Shown here one piece after another: positions 1-30,835 of a DNA stretch of 36,660 nucleotides. The position numbers and the translations under genes are program-made. A model generated the notes under the pieces. It was given only the letters and a program-made list of their open reading frames with translations. It was not told where the DNA came from and did no database searches. Each line of letters begins with the position of its first letter. The stretch's first letter is position 1. The stretch is from Salpingoeca rosetta (Eukaryota > Protista > Choanoflagellata). The DNA is taken from NCBI GenBank assembly GCA_033442325.1, contig JAWQFM010000001.1:3554765-3591424 (forward strand). Reading direction: 5' to 3'.

Positions 1-144
1 CCACATCGTATATTTTTTAATTGTTCGGGGAGATTAGAGATAAATAGAAATAAAAAAAAAAAACAATCATTAACATTCTAAATTGTAATGAAACAAATGT
101 GTGTGTGTGTGTGTGTGTGTGCGTGTGTGTGTTCAAGCCCTCAC

Positions 145-669
145 CGTTCTGCTTTGAGTCGTTCGTGCTTGTGGCCCTTTGGCTTTTGGTTCGGTTGCCC
201 ACGCTCCTGTCACGACAAGAACCCATATTAGTGAGCAGGGAAGCATGACAATTGCAGCAGGAGTACAACGGCAGCAGCCCCAAGCCCTTTCACACGCAGA
301 TGGTCACATGCACGCGCACACATGAGCACACTCACACACACATTTGTACACTCACATGTACACGCACACACACACACATCTCGCACACATTTGTACACTC
401 ACACGTACACACACACACATCACGCACACGCATTTGTACACTCACGCACATGTTCACACACACGCACATGCACGCGCACACATACACGTACACGTGAACA
501 CCTTTTGCAGAGGCCAGGGTTCTGTGAATGTTGCTTCCCACTCCTTTCGTGCTTTGGCGAGCGATCGGCCGGAGAGTTCAGGCTGGCGCCAGCGTCCGTT
601 GATCTTTGTTGGTTTGGACGCCGCGATCACGCGCTTTGCCGCTTGCGCAGCCGTCTTTGCCAAACTCAT
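145..669 (-). CDS. Mitochondrial large-subunit ribosomal protein mL59 (MRPL25-like), 3'-partial; exons 669-502 and 206-145, continuing off the left edge
   Basis: Spliced translation MSLAKTAAQAAKRVIAASKPTKINGRWRQPELSGRSLAKARKEWEATFTEPWPLQK|ERGQPNQKPKGHKHERLKAER. The basic N-terminus and the GRWRxP.xS and PKGHKHER motifs match mL59 as I recall it. GT/AG junctions are in frame. Confidence 0.7.
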
Positions 670-826
670 TGCAGCCGTGTGTCCTGCCACGTTTACATGT
701 GGGTTGGATGGAAGCAAGCCGGAAAAAACAAAAAGGTAGGATGGGCGTGAGAGAGTGTGTGTGAGTGAGTAAAGAAGGGGTGGAGGTTGGTTAGTGTGGA
801 GTTAGTGCAAGGGCACGAGAGAAAGG

Positions 827-963
<137 letters not shown>

Positions 964-1290
964 CACAAACCAACCTGAGTGCTTCCCGTATGTGTTGGTA
1001 AAATACATTTCCTGGTTGGCAAATCCGATTTTACCACGACGATCACAGAACGGCAAAGAAGACGAGCGAGCGAGTAACGACTCCAACAAACCATTCAGCA
1101 CAACACACTCCAGCCAACCAACCACCACACGCCGCACCGACAACTACACGCACAGCATCCACACACGTACACATATACACACGCACAGCATCCACACAGC
1201 AACACTCACGCACACTAGGCCTCCGCTCAACCATAGACTGCGGTGGTGGCACGCCAGCAGCACGCGTATCGGTAGCACGCCTGACGTCCC

Positions 1291-13209
<11,919 letters not shown>

Positions 13210-13486
13210 ATTCGTGCTTATGACAGCATTGTCCTGTGTGCCTGATGACTTTACTCGTTTGGTTGGTGCGTAATGTATTGCAATTCTTCTGTGGGTCGTT
13301 TGCTGCTTGCGGCTTTTGCTTGAGACATAAACAACTCACTTGAACAGGGCCAGCAGCCGCAATAAAATTGAGATGGAAGTGGTGAGGAGGGGTTGCAGAC
13401 AACGGCACCTGCAACAGCAGCCCAAACAGCAGCAGCAACGACGTCTTGAACAGCGGAGACAGCAGTGTCAACTGTTGTTGGGTCCA

Positions 13487-14981
13487 TTACATGGTGCAGT
13501 GCACAGACTGGACATGATGCAAGCCGTCCATGAAAGGCTGCAGCCACCGCGAACTCGAGCGGAAGAAGATGGGCGGTTCTCCGAGTGGCGCCTGCACAAT
13601 TTGTAATGTGGTTGATGGTGGAGCGTGAGCGTGAAGCGAAGGTGGGTACACCCAAGACAACGCGTGCAAGCGCGATACCCACAAATGAGTCATATGTACG
13701 TATGCAATGCACGCAAGCCCACGAACCTTGAATGGCTTTGTGGTGACTTGGGTTGCGTTGATGACCTGTCCACTCCACACGTGCGTCCAAACATCTGGTG
13801 GAAACGTGACGTTGACGTGGGATTGGTCGGCGTTGAGCGCCGGCGCAAACAGCACATCCTCACCCAACATCACCTGCGTCGTGATGTCCGCAACCTGCAT
13901 GCAGAGTTGAAGAGAAGTACGCACGTGTGAGTGTGTGTGATGTAAGTTGTTTGCGCGCGTAGATTTGTTTGCGCGCGTAGATGTGTCAATATGGGTCCTG
14001 TGTGGCTACACCATGTCATGTCATGCATCTGTGAATGGGTGACTGATCCAGGGCCGCACCTTTGGCTCTGCTGGGTACTGCAGCCAGAGAGCGCGAACGA
14101 GCGGATATCCATACCCATGCGCGACATCCATCAGGTCTGATCCACAAGACACATACACACACACACACACGTGCGCACGGCATGGTCGAAACAGGCGTAC
14201 ATGCGTGATGTTCACGGAGTACCCTTGTGAGAAGACACTCGACAGAGCCAACGTCGCAAGCAAACACACACACACACACACGCACACGCACATTTGCGAT
14301 ATGGGACGAAGAGCGCATGGAGACGCGTTGCACGAGCGAGGCAGTGCAGGGCACTCGTGTCCGAGTACACCTGCCAGCTGTCCTTGGGCAGATTTCCTGA
14401 GCATTTCGACATTGGTGTTGCGAGACAGCGGTGGCAACACGGGACGTGAGTCATCGTCTAACGAATTGGCGAGTGCAGTCAGGGCACGAATGACCACAAC
14501 ACCACGGTTGGCGGCAGACAACACTCAGGTCAAGGCAAGCACCTTGATGGGATCTGAAGATGACGTCGATGACAGCGGCAACGTCCATCCACCGATACAG
14601 AAGCTCCTTCGAGCGCAAGTACTTGACGCCAAGCTCCTTCACCATCGTGTAGCTGTTGCAAATGTGAACAGCAATGCGACGTGCGGCAGGATGCAAGCAC
14701 ACGTGTCGTCAGCAACACACTCAAGAGAGAACAATGCATGACAGCAAAAGTACACAAACACGAATGCGCGCACATACACATGAACACACACACGCACATT
14801 TGTGAACACAAGCCACTTGTACGTGCGAAGCAACTCACCCGCCAACATCTGCGTGGCTCAGCGAATGGCCACAGAGCCCAGCTGTCATTCGACCAATCAG
14901 GACCTGAGTGGAAAAGGCGCCAGCACCACCAAGTTGAGAAAGCAGTGCACACAGACACACAGAAAACATTGATAAAACACG

Positions 14982-15033
<52 letters not shown>

Positions 15034-16500
15034 GCACGCACGCATACACACACACACACACACAAAAACCACGCACACACACACGCACACACTGTGTACC
15101 GTCTGCAGGCCATCGAAGTTGTCGAATGTGACGAGTTGGTCGCCCAGCCAGAAGAGCGTTGAGCGAGCGGGACTGCCAAACGTGGAGGACCGCGAGAAGA
15201 ACACAACCTGGTGGTACAGCCGGCAATCAAGCACAGTGCGATCGTCAGCAGACGCAACTGTACGGGCGACGCATACACAACCGCGCACACGCACAACTAT
15301 TCAACGACACGCGCGCACAAACGCACAGACACGCGGACACGCAGAGGTGTAAAGGGCTTCTTACGTCAGACGCATTCTTTGCATCGAGTGCGCGTCTGTT
15401 GGTGTCGGCCCACGCGAGCGGAAATGCGTTGTGGAAGGACGAAGGATCACTCGTGTGCAACTTGGCGTCAAAGGGAAGATACTCCCCAAAGTCAGACATC
15501 CATCCGCTGTGCTGTTTCGGTGAAGAGGGAAGAGCACAACCGGTGTGCAGTGGCACAGCAAGGTGGAATGAGACGGCGCCACCGTTGCAATGAGTTGAGC
15601 TGATCACACACAACAAAAAGTGACGCAGAGACACACGTCCACACATGCACGCACAGATACACACATGCACGCGCATGCACGCGCACACATGTGATGGAAG
15701 GGCGTACGTTTGCCTCGATCATGTTGTGCTGGATGACATTTGAGAACCAGTTGACGGCTGCCGGATTTGAGAGATCGACAGTTCCAAACGTAAAGTCGGG
15801 ACTCGCGCTGTGATCAATGTACGGATCGCCCTTGCTGTTCTGCGGTTGGTCGTGGTGATGGCGATCGTGAGCATGACTCACGCACGTAAACAAGCATTTG
15901 CGCACGCACACATTTTTGCACGAAGGAATAAGCGATACGTGTGGATCTACACAGCATTCGCATCACATCCACACAAGCAGCAGCACCACCACGGCACGAT
16001 TCGCTCCTTCAGCACCACCACCGCGGCACGATTCGCTCCTTCACCATCACATACCTTGACGAGAAATCCCTGTGCTGCCGCCTCCTTGAACAGGTCGCGA
16101 TGGAAGTGCTTTTTGTGCTTGGTCACGGTGTTGGCGAGGTATGGGTTGACATACGTCATGAGTCGTGTGCCGTCCTTTGCCAGATCAGACACGAGCTCCG
16201 ACCACCCGTGGTACAGCTGACAGACGCAATTACGACAGCGCGTGTGAATGTGTGTGTGTGTGTGAATTTGTGTGTGTGTGCGTGTGTGTGTGCGTGTATA
16301 TGAGTGTGCGTGCATGTGTGTGAATAAGTGCGTACATATGCATGTGTGTGCACATGTCAGTAGACTCACACAAGGACAAAAACAAAGAAACGCGATGTAC
16401 TAAGCAGCGAACATTGTTCTGCTTTGACAATACGTATGCACACCTGATCGTCCAGCTCCCAGTTCCACCACAGCCGCTCGCCAGTGATGGTGTCCTGTGC

Positions 16501-16566
<66 letters not shown>

Positions 16567-18317
16567 GGTATGTTGTGTTGTGTGTGTGATTGAGAAAGAG
16601 AGACAGAGACAGAGGAGAGGCAGAAAGTCCAAACAAACAAGCAGCATGAAACAGGTGGGCAAGCGCACGCTGGCTGGCGCTTACCCTGAGACCAGTCCAA
16701 TCTTGAAGCCAGTAACCTGTGACATTCATGATGCCGAGGGAAGTGATGTTCGAGTGCAGCGCCCGCACAGCATCCGTGCCGCCATAGAACCCGATGATCG
16801 GACCTGGATGATGATGGTGGTGGTTGGGGGGGGGGGCAATCGCCACAGCGCAAGTGTGGAGCTTGAGTCCTTGCGTCCTTGTTTGTACTCATGTACGCAC
16901 GTGCACACATGTTCACACATGCACATACAAGCACGAGCACACACAAGCGCACACAAGCACACACGTGCGCTAACCCTGCAAGATCCAGTCTGGGAGCGGG
17001 CGCATTCGGCCTGTGAAGAAAGTAAACTCCGAGACGAGAGCGAGTGGCGTGTTCTCTGCGCTCACGACAAAGTTGAGACTGTTGGCGTAGACCTGCACCA
17101 TGGCAGCCAAATAGGTTTTAAAGGGTTGGTGGGATGAGAAGAGCATTGGTGGTGTTACGCGCAAGTGTGGAAGAATACAAAGCAAGCGAAGGCTGCACAG
17201 AGTGCATGTGTGTGGGTAAGCAAGCGAGTTGGGGTGGGCAAGAGTTTACTGACGGTGGAGACGATGGTGTCTGCAGCAGTGAGATCAAACACGGAATATT
17301 CCGTGTGGTTGAGGAAAAACGACGTTGAGTTGCTGGTCATGTAGTAGGGGATGGCTCCATACCTGCGAAGAAAAACGGGCAAGAGCAGCGTTGACAAATG
17401 AGAATGGAAGGCTGTAACACAACGCAACACAAAGTCACGATAGCAGATATCACACGCACACAAGCACACACAAACACACAAGCGCAAGCACACACAAGCA
17501 CACACATACACAAGCGCACACATACACACGCACAGTGCCATGCTCGGACAACGCACGTTGTGTGCCAGTTGCCGCCCTGTTTGAACGATACAAGGTCGAG
17601 AAGGGAGGTGAGGGGCTCCAGGCCACGGCCGACGCCTTGTTCCGACACGATGATGGGCACCACGCGGCCCTTCATGTTCCACACGCTGTATTGCACGCCA
17701 AACCCATACACCGCATCCATGGGGCGAACGCCAGAGTGCAACGTGAAGCGGCAGGACGTCACACCCTGGCCCTGCGTGCACATGCGCGTGTCGTTCAAGG
17801 TTACAGACACGGCGAGGGAGTTGCTGTCGAAGTCAGCCGTGTTCAGGTTCCAAGTGGCCTCAATGGCTTGGGTTGACGGGCAGCCGTCACCACCCATCAT
17901 CAGCAGGCCCTTGGCGATGGCGCCGACGCTGCCTCCGACTAAAGAAGTGAACTTGAACGAGTTGGACGAGCACACGACGGCGTCGTCCTTGGTCTCAAAC
18001 ATGCCGTCGCGCCCGTGCAGGTACATCTTGGAGGCAGCCACCTCCAGAATCTCGCCGGTGCTGTGCCAGGCCAGGTGTGGGTTTGGCATCTGCGCAGGGT
18101 TGCGCACAGCGGAGAGCACGCCATCCTCGTCCAAGGACACAACAAACTGCCCAACGTTCACCACAGACGGGTCAGCAGCTTCCGCAGGGGCAGCGGCAGG
18201 AACGGCAGCAGCGGTAGGGGTGGCGGCGCAGCAAGCTGCAGCAAGCACCACCACCACAAGCCACCAAGTGGAAGGGAGAGAACAACAAGGTCGCATCATC
18301 ATCATCATCATCATCAT
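13487..18317 (-). CDS. Glycoside hydrolase family 31, sulfoquinovosidase (YihQ)-like, with signal peptide; about 15 exons
   Basis: Approximate exons: 18317-17557, 17362-17254, 17092-16975, 16803-16685, 16494-16444, 16216-16055, 15839-15708, 15511-15365, 15207-15100, 14903-14839, 14652-14543, ~14397-14293, ~14136-14060, ~13895-13728, ~13591-13487. Motifs: SEQGVGRG, TGRMRPLPDW, GFYGG, WLQDWTGLR..GERLWWNW, TYVNPYL, GWMSDFGEYLP (nucleophile Asp), FWLGDQ (acid/base Asp), HADVGGYT, RSKELLYRW, FRSHQGN. Hydrophobic N-terminus WWLVVVVLAAACCAA. Confidence 0.9.
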
Positions 18318-18459
18318 GGTTGTTGTTTGCTGAATATTTGCAACGCTGCCCACAAATTGTCACAACTTCACTGCTGGTTGGCTGCTCTGGCAAACAGGAC
18401 TGACCAACCACAACACCTGCGCACTGCTTGCTACCACACGCACGCGCGCGGACGCAAGG
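18318..18459. promoter_or_regulatory. 142-bp intergenic region between the GH31 and SDR start codons; probable bidirectional promoter
   Basis: ATG at 18317 (-) and ATG at 18460 (+) face away from each other. Promoter function is inferred from spacing only. Confidence 0.55.
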
Positions 18460-19463
18460 ATGGGGATGCTGGACGGGCTGACGGCTGTGGTGACGGGTGG
18501 TGGTGGCGACATTGGCCGCGCATGTGTTGGGCGATGCTTGTGCGAGGGCGCTGCTCTGGTGGTGAGCGTGGACAGGGTGGCGATCGACAGTGGCAAGCTC
18601 GCGGCAGAGATTGCGGAGTACATGGACGGCCTCCAACCGCAGCACGCGTTCATCGCGCTGGTCCGCGAGCGCCAAGCGGCGCTGGCACCGCAGGCGGCAC
18701 AGCGAGGCAAGGCAACAAACGACAGACAAGCACTGGCGAGTCAGTACCAGGCCATTCTGGCGCTCATCGACGAGCGGTGCGCCAGCGCGCAGATGGACCT
18801 TCGCAGCGAGGTGGGCGTGCAACAGAGTATTGTGCAGGCCCTCGAGGGCAAAGTAGGAGCGGCTTCGCGTCGCATCCACGTCCTCATCACCTGCGCTGGT
18901 GGTGCTGTTGACCGCACTCAGTGCGACCCTGCAGACACTCTTCCAGATGTGGTCAGCTTCACAGACCACTTCACACTCAACACCGCAACAGCCATCAACG
19001 CTGTCCGAGCGTGCATGCCAATGCTCCTGCGCGGTGCGCAGAGCAACCATGCAGACGCAAGCAACACAGGGGACGGCGCCGTGGCCCCTGCCGACCAAGT
19101 TGACCTTGAGTCCATCAGGCCTGAACAACCGCCGGCATTCCCATCCTCCTGCGCTGACAAGCCAGTGGCGAGCGTGGTCTTTGTCAGCTCTGTGAATGCA
19201 GTGAGCGGCATTGGGCAAGTGGCGTACAGCGCAGCCAAGGCGGCCCTACAGCCGATAGCGGCTGATCTGTCTGTGCGCTTTGGGCGCTATGGACTGCGTG
19301 CAAACGCCATTGCGCTGGGCACAGTGGCCACCATGGGCGCATGGAAGGAGCGCGTCGCGCATGACCCAGAGGTTGCATGTGTGTGTATGTTTTGTGTGTG
19401 TGTGTGTGTGTTTGTTTGTTTGTTTGTTCGTTCGTTTGTTTGTTTGTTTGTTTGTTTGTTGTT

Positions 19464-19521
<58 letters not shown>

Positions 19522-19841
19522 GTGGAGTAGAGTGAAGTGGAATAGAAGGGAGGGTGAGTGTGTTCATTCGGCAGTCTTGTGTCATGTATGTGCATGTGTG
19601 TGGACGGTTCTGCGTGGCAGTTGGTTGGAACATCGACGACAACGTTGTTTACTTGCTCGCGACTGCGTTTCCCGTCTTGACTTATCCCCTTTTGCCCATC
19701 AGGTGTTCCGGAAGATTGGACGTCGAATCCCGCGCGCTCGTGTCGCCTCTGCATGGGAAGCAGCCGGCAGCATTGTTTCCCTCGCCAGCCCTGCCTCTGC
19801 CCTAATCACTGGGTGTGTGCACATGCGCGTGAATGTGTGTC

Positions 19842-19881
<40 letters not shown>

Positions 19882-20471
19882 TGTGTGTGTCTGTGTGTGT
19901 GTGTGTCTGTGTGTCTGTGTCTGTGTGTCTGTGTCTGTGTCTGTCTGTCTATCTATCTGTGTGTCTGTATGTCTGTCTATCTGTCTGTGTGTCTGTGGGT
20001 GTGTCTGTGTGTCTGTGTGCGTGTGTGTTTGTGTGCCTATGTCTGTGTGTCTGTATGTGTGTCTGTCTGTGTGTTTGTGTGCCTATGTCTGTGTGTCTGT
20101 GGTTGTGTGCACGTGTATCTCATCTCTCCCCCTCCCTCTCTCTCCCTCTCTCTCCTCTCCCTCCCTCTCCCTCTTCCTCCTCCCTCTCCTTCTCTCCTGT
20201 CTGAGTTTTGCTAACTTGATCCTTACCATTCCCCCTTTCATCCATCCACCTGTGCATTCGCGCACGCAGGCAGTGCATTGTCGCGGACGGAGGATGGTCG
20301 TTGGCGTGTGGAACATGTGTGGTGACAAACTACAAGAAGCAAAAGCATGGTGAAGGTGATGGTACGACTGCTGCTGATGACGATGATGATGATGACGGTG
20401 GTGGTGATGGCGGTGAACCTCGACCAAAGACCTCGAAGCAGAGTACGAGCAAGCCGTGGTATGAGCTGTGA
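18460..20471 (+). CDS. Classical short-chain dehydrogenase/reductase (SDR); exons 18460-19371, 19703-19812, 20270-20471
   Basis: [12 protein letters not shown] Rossmann motif, VVFVSSVNA, catalytic [17 protein letters not shown], then spliced [20 protein letters not shown]|QCIVADGG. Junctions are in frame. Confidence 0.9.
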
Positions 20472-20638
20472 TGATTCGGTTTAATTGAACTACCTTCTTG
20501 CTTGTTATCATGACGTGAATATATCGTTCATATATACGTGCAGGGAAACCCGAGCGTGAGGTCATCATGAAATACAACGAATGATCGAGCAAACTAATGA
20601 ATGAATGAATGAACGAACAAATGAACACCATCAGCCAA

Positions 20639-26365
<5,727 letters not shown>

Positions 26366-26606
26366 GTCACCTTGAGAGCTTGGTTGGGCTGGTTGGCTGG
26401 TTCGCTGCTGGTGGAAGTGAGCGGTTGCTGTTGTTTGAAGTGTGTGGCTTTGTTCCTCTTGGAGGTTTGACTGCTGCTGTTCCCGCCAACCAAGGGTTCA
26501 AAACAAACAGCTGACATTCTGGTTCCAACATTTTTTTGCTGGAAATGATTTGATGGGCAAACAACACCGCCATTTTTTTTCCTCCCTCCAAAACTCGACC
26601 AAGACG

Positions 26607-26946
26607 ATGATGAGCGCACGCTTGTTGGTGGTGCTTGTGGCTGTGGCTGGTGTTGTGGGCTCAGTGAGCGCCGCCACCCCTTTCATCGGCCACCGAGGCT
26701 CCGTCACGCTCGACGCCCAGGGCAAGGCCAAGGTGCGTACGCACACATGTGTGTGTGTGTTTATGTGTGTGTGTGTGTTTATGTGTGTGTGTGTGTGTGT
26801 GTGGTTTGTGTGTGTGTGTGTGTGTTTATGTGTGTGTGGTTTGTGTGTGGGTGTGTTCTGTTGTGTGTGTTTGTGTCCTGACCTTGAAACTGCCCCATCC
26901 CCAAATGCGCGCCTCATGAACACACACACACACAAACACACACACA

Positions 26947-27022
<76 letters not shown>

Positions 27023-27663
27023 TGTGCAGTACCATGATGACGTGCTGGACTTGAACGCGGCCGCCTTTGGTAGCTTTGATGCCGCCAAGAACCACAAGAG
27101 CGGGTTTGGCGTGCTGCAGATTGAGAGCAACAGCGAGGAAACCGGTGACCGCCAGTACTACGCCGCAGGCTTCCTGGAGGGCTACCTCACGCACAGCGAG
27201 ATCTACAACCACCACATCAACGTGCTTGCCGTCTTCTCCGACCTGGCCAACGGCCCCAGCCCAGAGCTCAAGTCGTACATCAACAACCAGACGCAGTGGA
27301 TCAAGAAGCAGCTGGCCAACAACCCCAGCGACCGCTACTGGCGCCAGGTTGGCATGATCCTGCAGCAGTACGACGGCCTCATGGACGGCTACAATGCCGC
27401 GGCCCCCGCAGACAAGCAGCTGGAGAGCTTTGCCTTCTTCATCCTCAACGGCTGCGGCGACCTGTTTGACCTCCTGCCCAAGTACCAGACGAAGCAGTTC
27501 CCCAACTTTGACAACATGACAAAGCCCGAGTTTGACCTGTACCGTAGCCAGACTGGCCACTGCTCCGCCCTCGTCAAGCTCACCGGCGACTTTTCCCAGC
27601 TCTTCATGGCCCACAGCAGCTGGTGCGTGAGCGTGTCTGTGTGTGCGTGTGTGTGTGTGTCTG

Positions 27664-27694
<31 letters not shown>

Positions 27695-28346
27695 GTCCGT
27701 CTTTTGTGTCAGCCTCTGTGTCTGCGGCTGTGTGTGTGTTTGTACTGTACAATGTCATCAACTGTGTTGCTTTGCTGCTGCGTTTTACCTCGGGTAGAGT
27801 TGTCTCTCTGAATTATCATGCCTGCCACTCTGCCTTCTCGTATCTCACCTCACTTTCTTGACCCACCACAGGTTCCGGTACCAGGTGACCAACCGCATCT
27901 ACAAGCACTACAACCTCAAGGCGGACGTGTCTGCTGCGCAGAAGATCAGCTTCTCGTCCTACCCGGGCTTCCTCGAGAGCCTCGACGACTTTTATCTCAT
28001 GGACAGCGGCCTCGTCATGCTGCAGACCACCAACAACGTCTTCAACAAGGACCTGCAGAAGTACATCCACCCGGAGACCCTGCTGGCCTGGGTGCGTGTC
28101 CGCGCCGCCACCGCGCTCGCCCGCGACGGCGAGGAGTGGTTTGACGTCGTCAAGCGCTACAACTCCGGCAGCTACAACAACCAGTACATGGTGGTGGACC
28201 TGAACAAGTTCACACCCGGCCAGCCGCTGCCGGATGGCACGCTGTGGGTTGGCGAGCAGATCCCTGGCCTTGTGGAGTACGCGGACATGACTGGCCAGCT
28301 CGCTAAGGGCTACTGGCCGTCCTACAACGTCCCTTACTTTGAGAAG
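26607..28346 (+). CDS. Phospholipase B-like protein (PLBD1/2 family, Ntn hydrolase), 3'-truncated by the gap; exons 26607-26732, 27030-27622, 27872-28346
   Basis: Signal peptide MMSARLLVVLVAVAGVVGSVSA. Motifs YAAGFLEGYLT, GHCSALVK (catalytic Cys), AHSSW, RIYKHY, FSSYPG..SLDDFY, YNSGSYNNQYMVVD, EQIPG, YWPSYNVPYF. Confidence 0.92.
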
Positions 28347-28499
28347 GTGCATGAGATGGACAAAAGAGGGGCGGGAGAGTGTGCATATGTGTCTGTGTCT
28401 GTTTGTCTGTGTGCATGTGTGTATGTGTGTGTCTGTCTATGTCCGTGCGTGTGTGTGTGTGTGTGTCTGTCTGTCTGTCTCTCTGTCCGTGCGTGTGTG

Positions 28500-28599
28500 N
28501 NNNNNNNNNNNNNNNNNNNNNNNNNNNNNNNNNNNNNNNNNNNNNNNNNNNNNNNNNNNNNNNNNNNNNNNNNNNNNNNNNNNNNNNNNNNNNNNNNNN
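28500..28599. other. Assembly gap (100 N) flanked by (GT)n and (CA)n
   Basis: N run. The 3' exons of the PLBD gene are missing, so the true gap is likely larger than 100 bp. Confidence 0.97.
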
Positions 28600-28601
28600 A
28601 C

Positions 28602-28685
<84 letters not shown>

Positions 28686-28691
28686 TTCACA

Positions 28692-30203
28692 CTACGCTGG
28701 CTGTACTCGCGCTGCTGTTGCTGCCTTCCTCCTCCTCCTCCCACCACTACCACCACCACCACCGCCACCCCCTGGCTGTGGTGGCCCCCTGTATCCAATC
28801 CCGCGGCGCCCCGCTGTCCCCTCAGCCTCCAGTGCCTCCACCAGCCCACCACCACGCCGGCCCACACCCTCCCCCGCACGCCACCCATGCTTGCGCAGGA
28901 TCATGCTTCCCACACCCCTCGTGTGCCGCTCAAAGGGGGCATACCCGGGGTTGTGGTGGCGCCCCGCTGCCCCGGGCTGGGCGCGATATCCGTACGCGCG
29001 CATCTCAGCAACTTGCTCGCTCGTGCGATCGCCGTGGCCTTGGAGGCGGTGATAGGGGTGATGGTGGTGGTGGTGGTGGTGGTGGTGGTGGTGGTGGTGG
29101 TGGTGGTAGCAGTAGGATTTTGGGAGGGGGTGCGGGTAATGAAAAGGTGAGCTGTTGCGCATAGGCTGCAGCCGAGTGGTGGCTTCGATGCGTGTTGGCT
29201 TGGACAGTGGGATGACAAAACAAACAAATCAGACAAGAAGCAGTACCTCCTCTCCCCCCACCCCATCCCATCCCTTCACCGGCTCCACCTCCACCAGCGT
29301 AACACACCGAGGCCGTAGTGTGCGGTGAGATCGACGTCGTATTCGTCTGCGTTGCGCTCGTCAAAGTCGCCCTGCTGCGCATCCCAATACGCCGCGTCCG
29401 TGTACCACACAAGCGCGCTCGCATCCCCTTTGTCCCACGGATGCGCCACGCTCTAAGTCCATGGTGGTAGTGGTGGTGAGGGTATGGCAGGCAGCATGTT
29501 GGCGTGAGTGTATGGTCAAGCAAGCGTCAGCCAAGTTTAACCCCCTGTCACCCCTTGCCCCTCCCCTTCTCTGTCACGCAACATCGCCTCACGGCACACG
29601 TGCACGCATGCAAGCGTGTTGTCGCTTGGCAGCTGCACACGTACCTTCTCAAACAGCCTGTCCTTGCTTCGCTCCTGATCATTCTCATCATGTGGGTTCA
29701 ATCCAATGTGCCGATCCCACTCCTCCTCTTCATCGTCGTCATCATCACCACCATCATCACCACCACCATCATCGTTGTCCTCGTCCACAATGGCACCCGC
29801 ATCCACACGCATGCGCCTGCACAGTGACGGTATTGTGTGAATGCGTGAATATGTGTGAATATGCGTGCATGTGCATGACCTCTACACGCGTCACAGCGCC
29901 ACGCTTGACCGCCAGCAACCCCATCCAACCATCACCTCGGGTGCTTGGGCGGGCGGACGGACAGGGCGCGTGCCAGCAAGTTTGGCCATGTGCCGGCGGG
30001 GTATCACGTGCAGTGGCGGTGGCGGTGTCTGCTTTGGTGCAGCAACAACAGCTGTACCGTAATCAAGCGGCACACGGCCTGGATAACACGCACGTGTGAG
30101 AGGGAACGAGCGAGCAAGTGAGACGGCGAGGCCTTGAGGAGGAAGGACGGCAAGGACGAACGTCAGGCAAGAAAGGGTGGGCTGCAACAAAGCTATCAGT
30201 CAA

Positions 30204-30290
<87 letters not shown>

Positions 30291-30768
30291 ACGCTCACCG
30301 TATCTGCGCTTGCGGCTGCGCACAAAGTCAAGCCCAAGCTGCAACAAGCGTGATGTGCAAGGCAATGGGTGAGGTGAATGTGGTGAACCTGCACCGAGCA
30401 ACAGTCCACGGGGAACCAGAGCATGTGTGTGTGTGTGTTGTGTGTGTGTGTGTGTGTTTGTCTGTGTGTGTGTGTGTGTGCGATGGCGTGTTTGTGCAGT
30501 ACCTTGCCAACGACCGGTGGCGGGAGCTGGCACGTGCGAATGAGCTCGTGATACAGGGCAGTAGGGGTGCCTACATTTCCATTCGGCATTGACTGCAAAG
30601 TGTTGGGAATTGGATGTGTGGCGGCACAAGCTTGAGCTTCACGCAGAGCCGCGAGCTCAGATGCAAGCACACACACACACACACATTTGTACACTCACAT
30701 GTACACACACTCACACACACACGCACACGCACACGCACACGCACACACGCACGCACACACACACACAC

Positions 30769-30835
<67 letters not shown>

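Noticed and set aside
13487-18317. Link to rosette-inducing sulfonolipids of choanoflagellates
   Set aside because: Those lipids are capnine-type sulfonolipids without a sulfoquinovosyl glycosidic bond, so a GH31 SQase has no evident substrate there, and the organism identity is itself inferred.
18015-19218. Long overlapping or antisense ORFs (also 1605-3629, 25099-26263, 31544-32859)
   Set aside because: Shadow frames of GC-rich coding exons with no recognisable motifs.
29060-29108. Poly-His stretch in ORF 28692-29162
   Set aside because: Phase-consistent splicing (YGL|GHGDRTSEQ) places this (CAC)n tract in a GPATCH3 intron.
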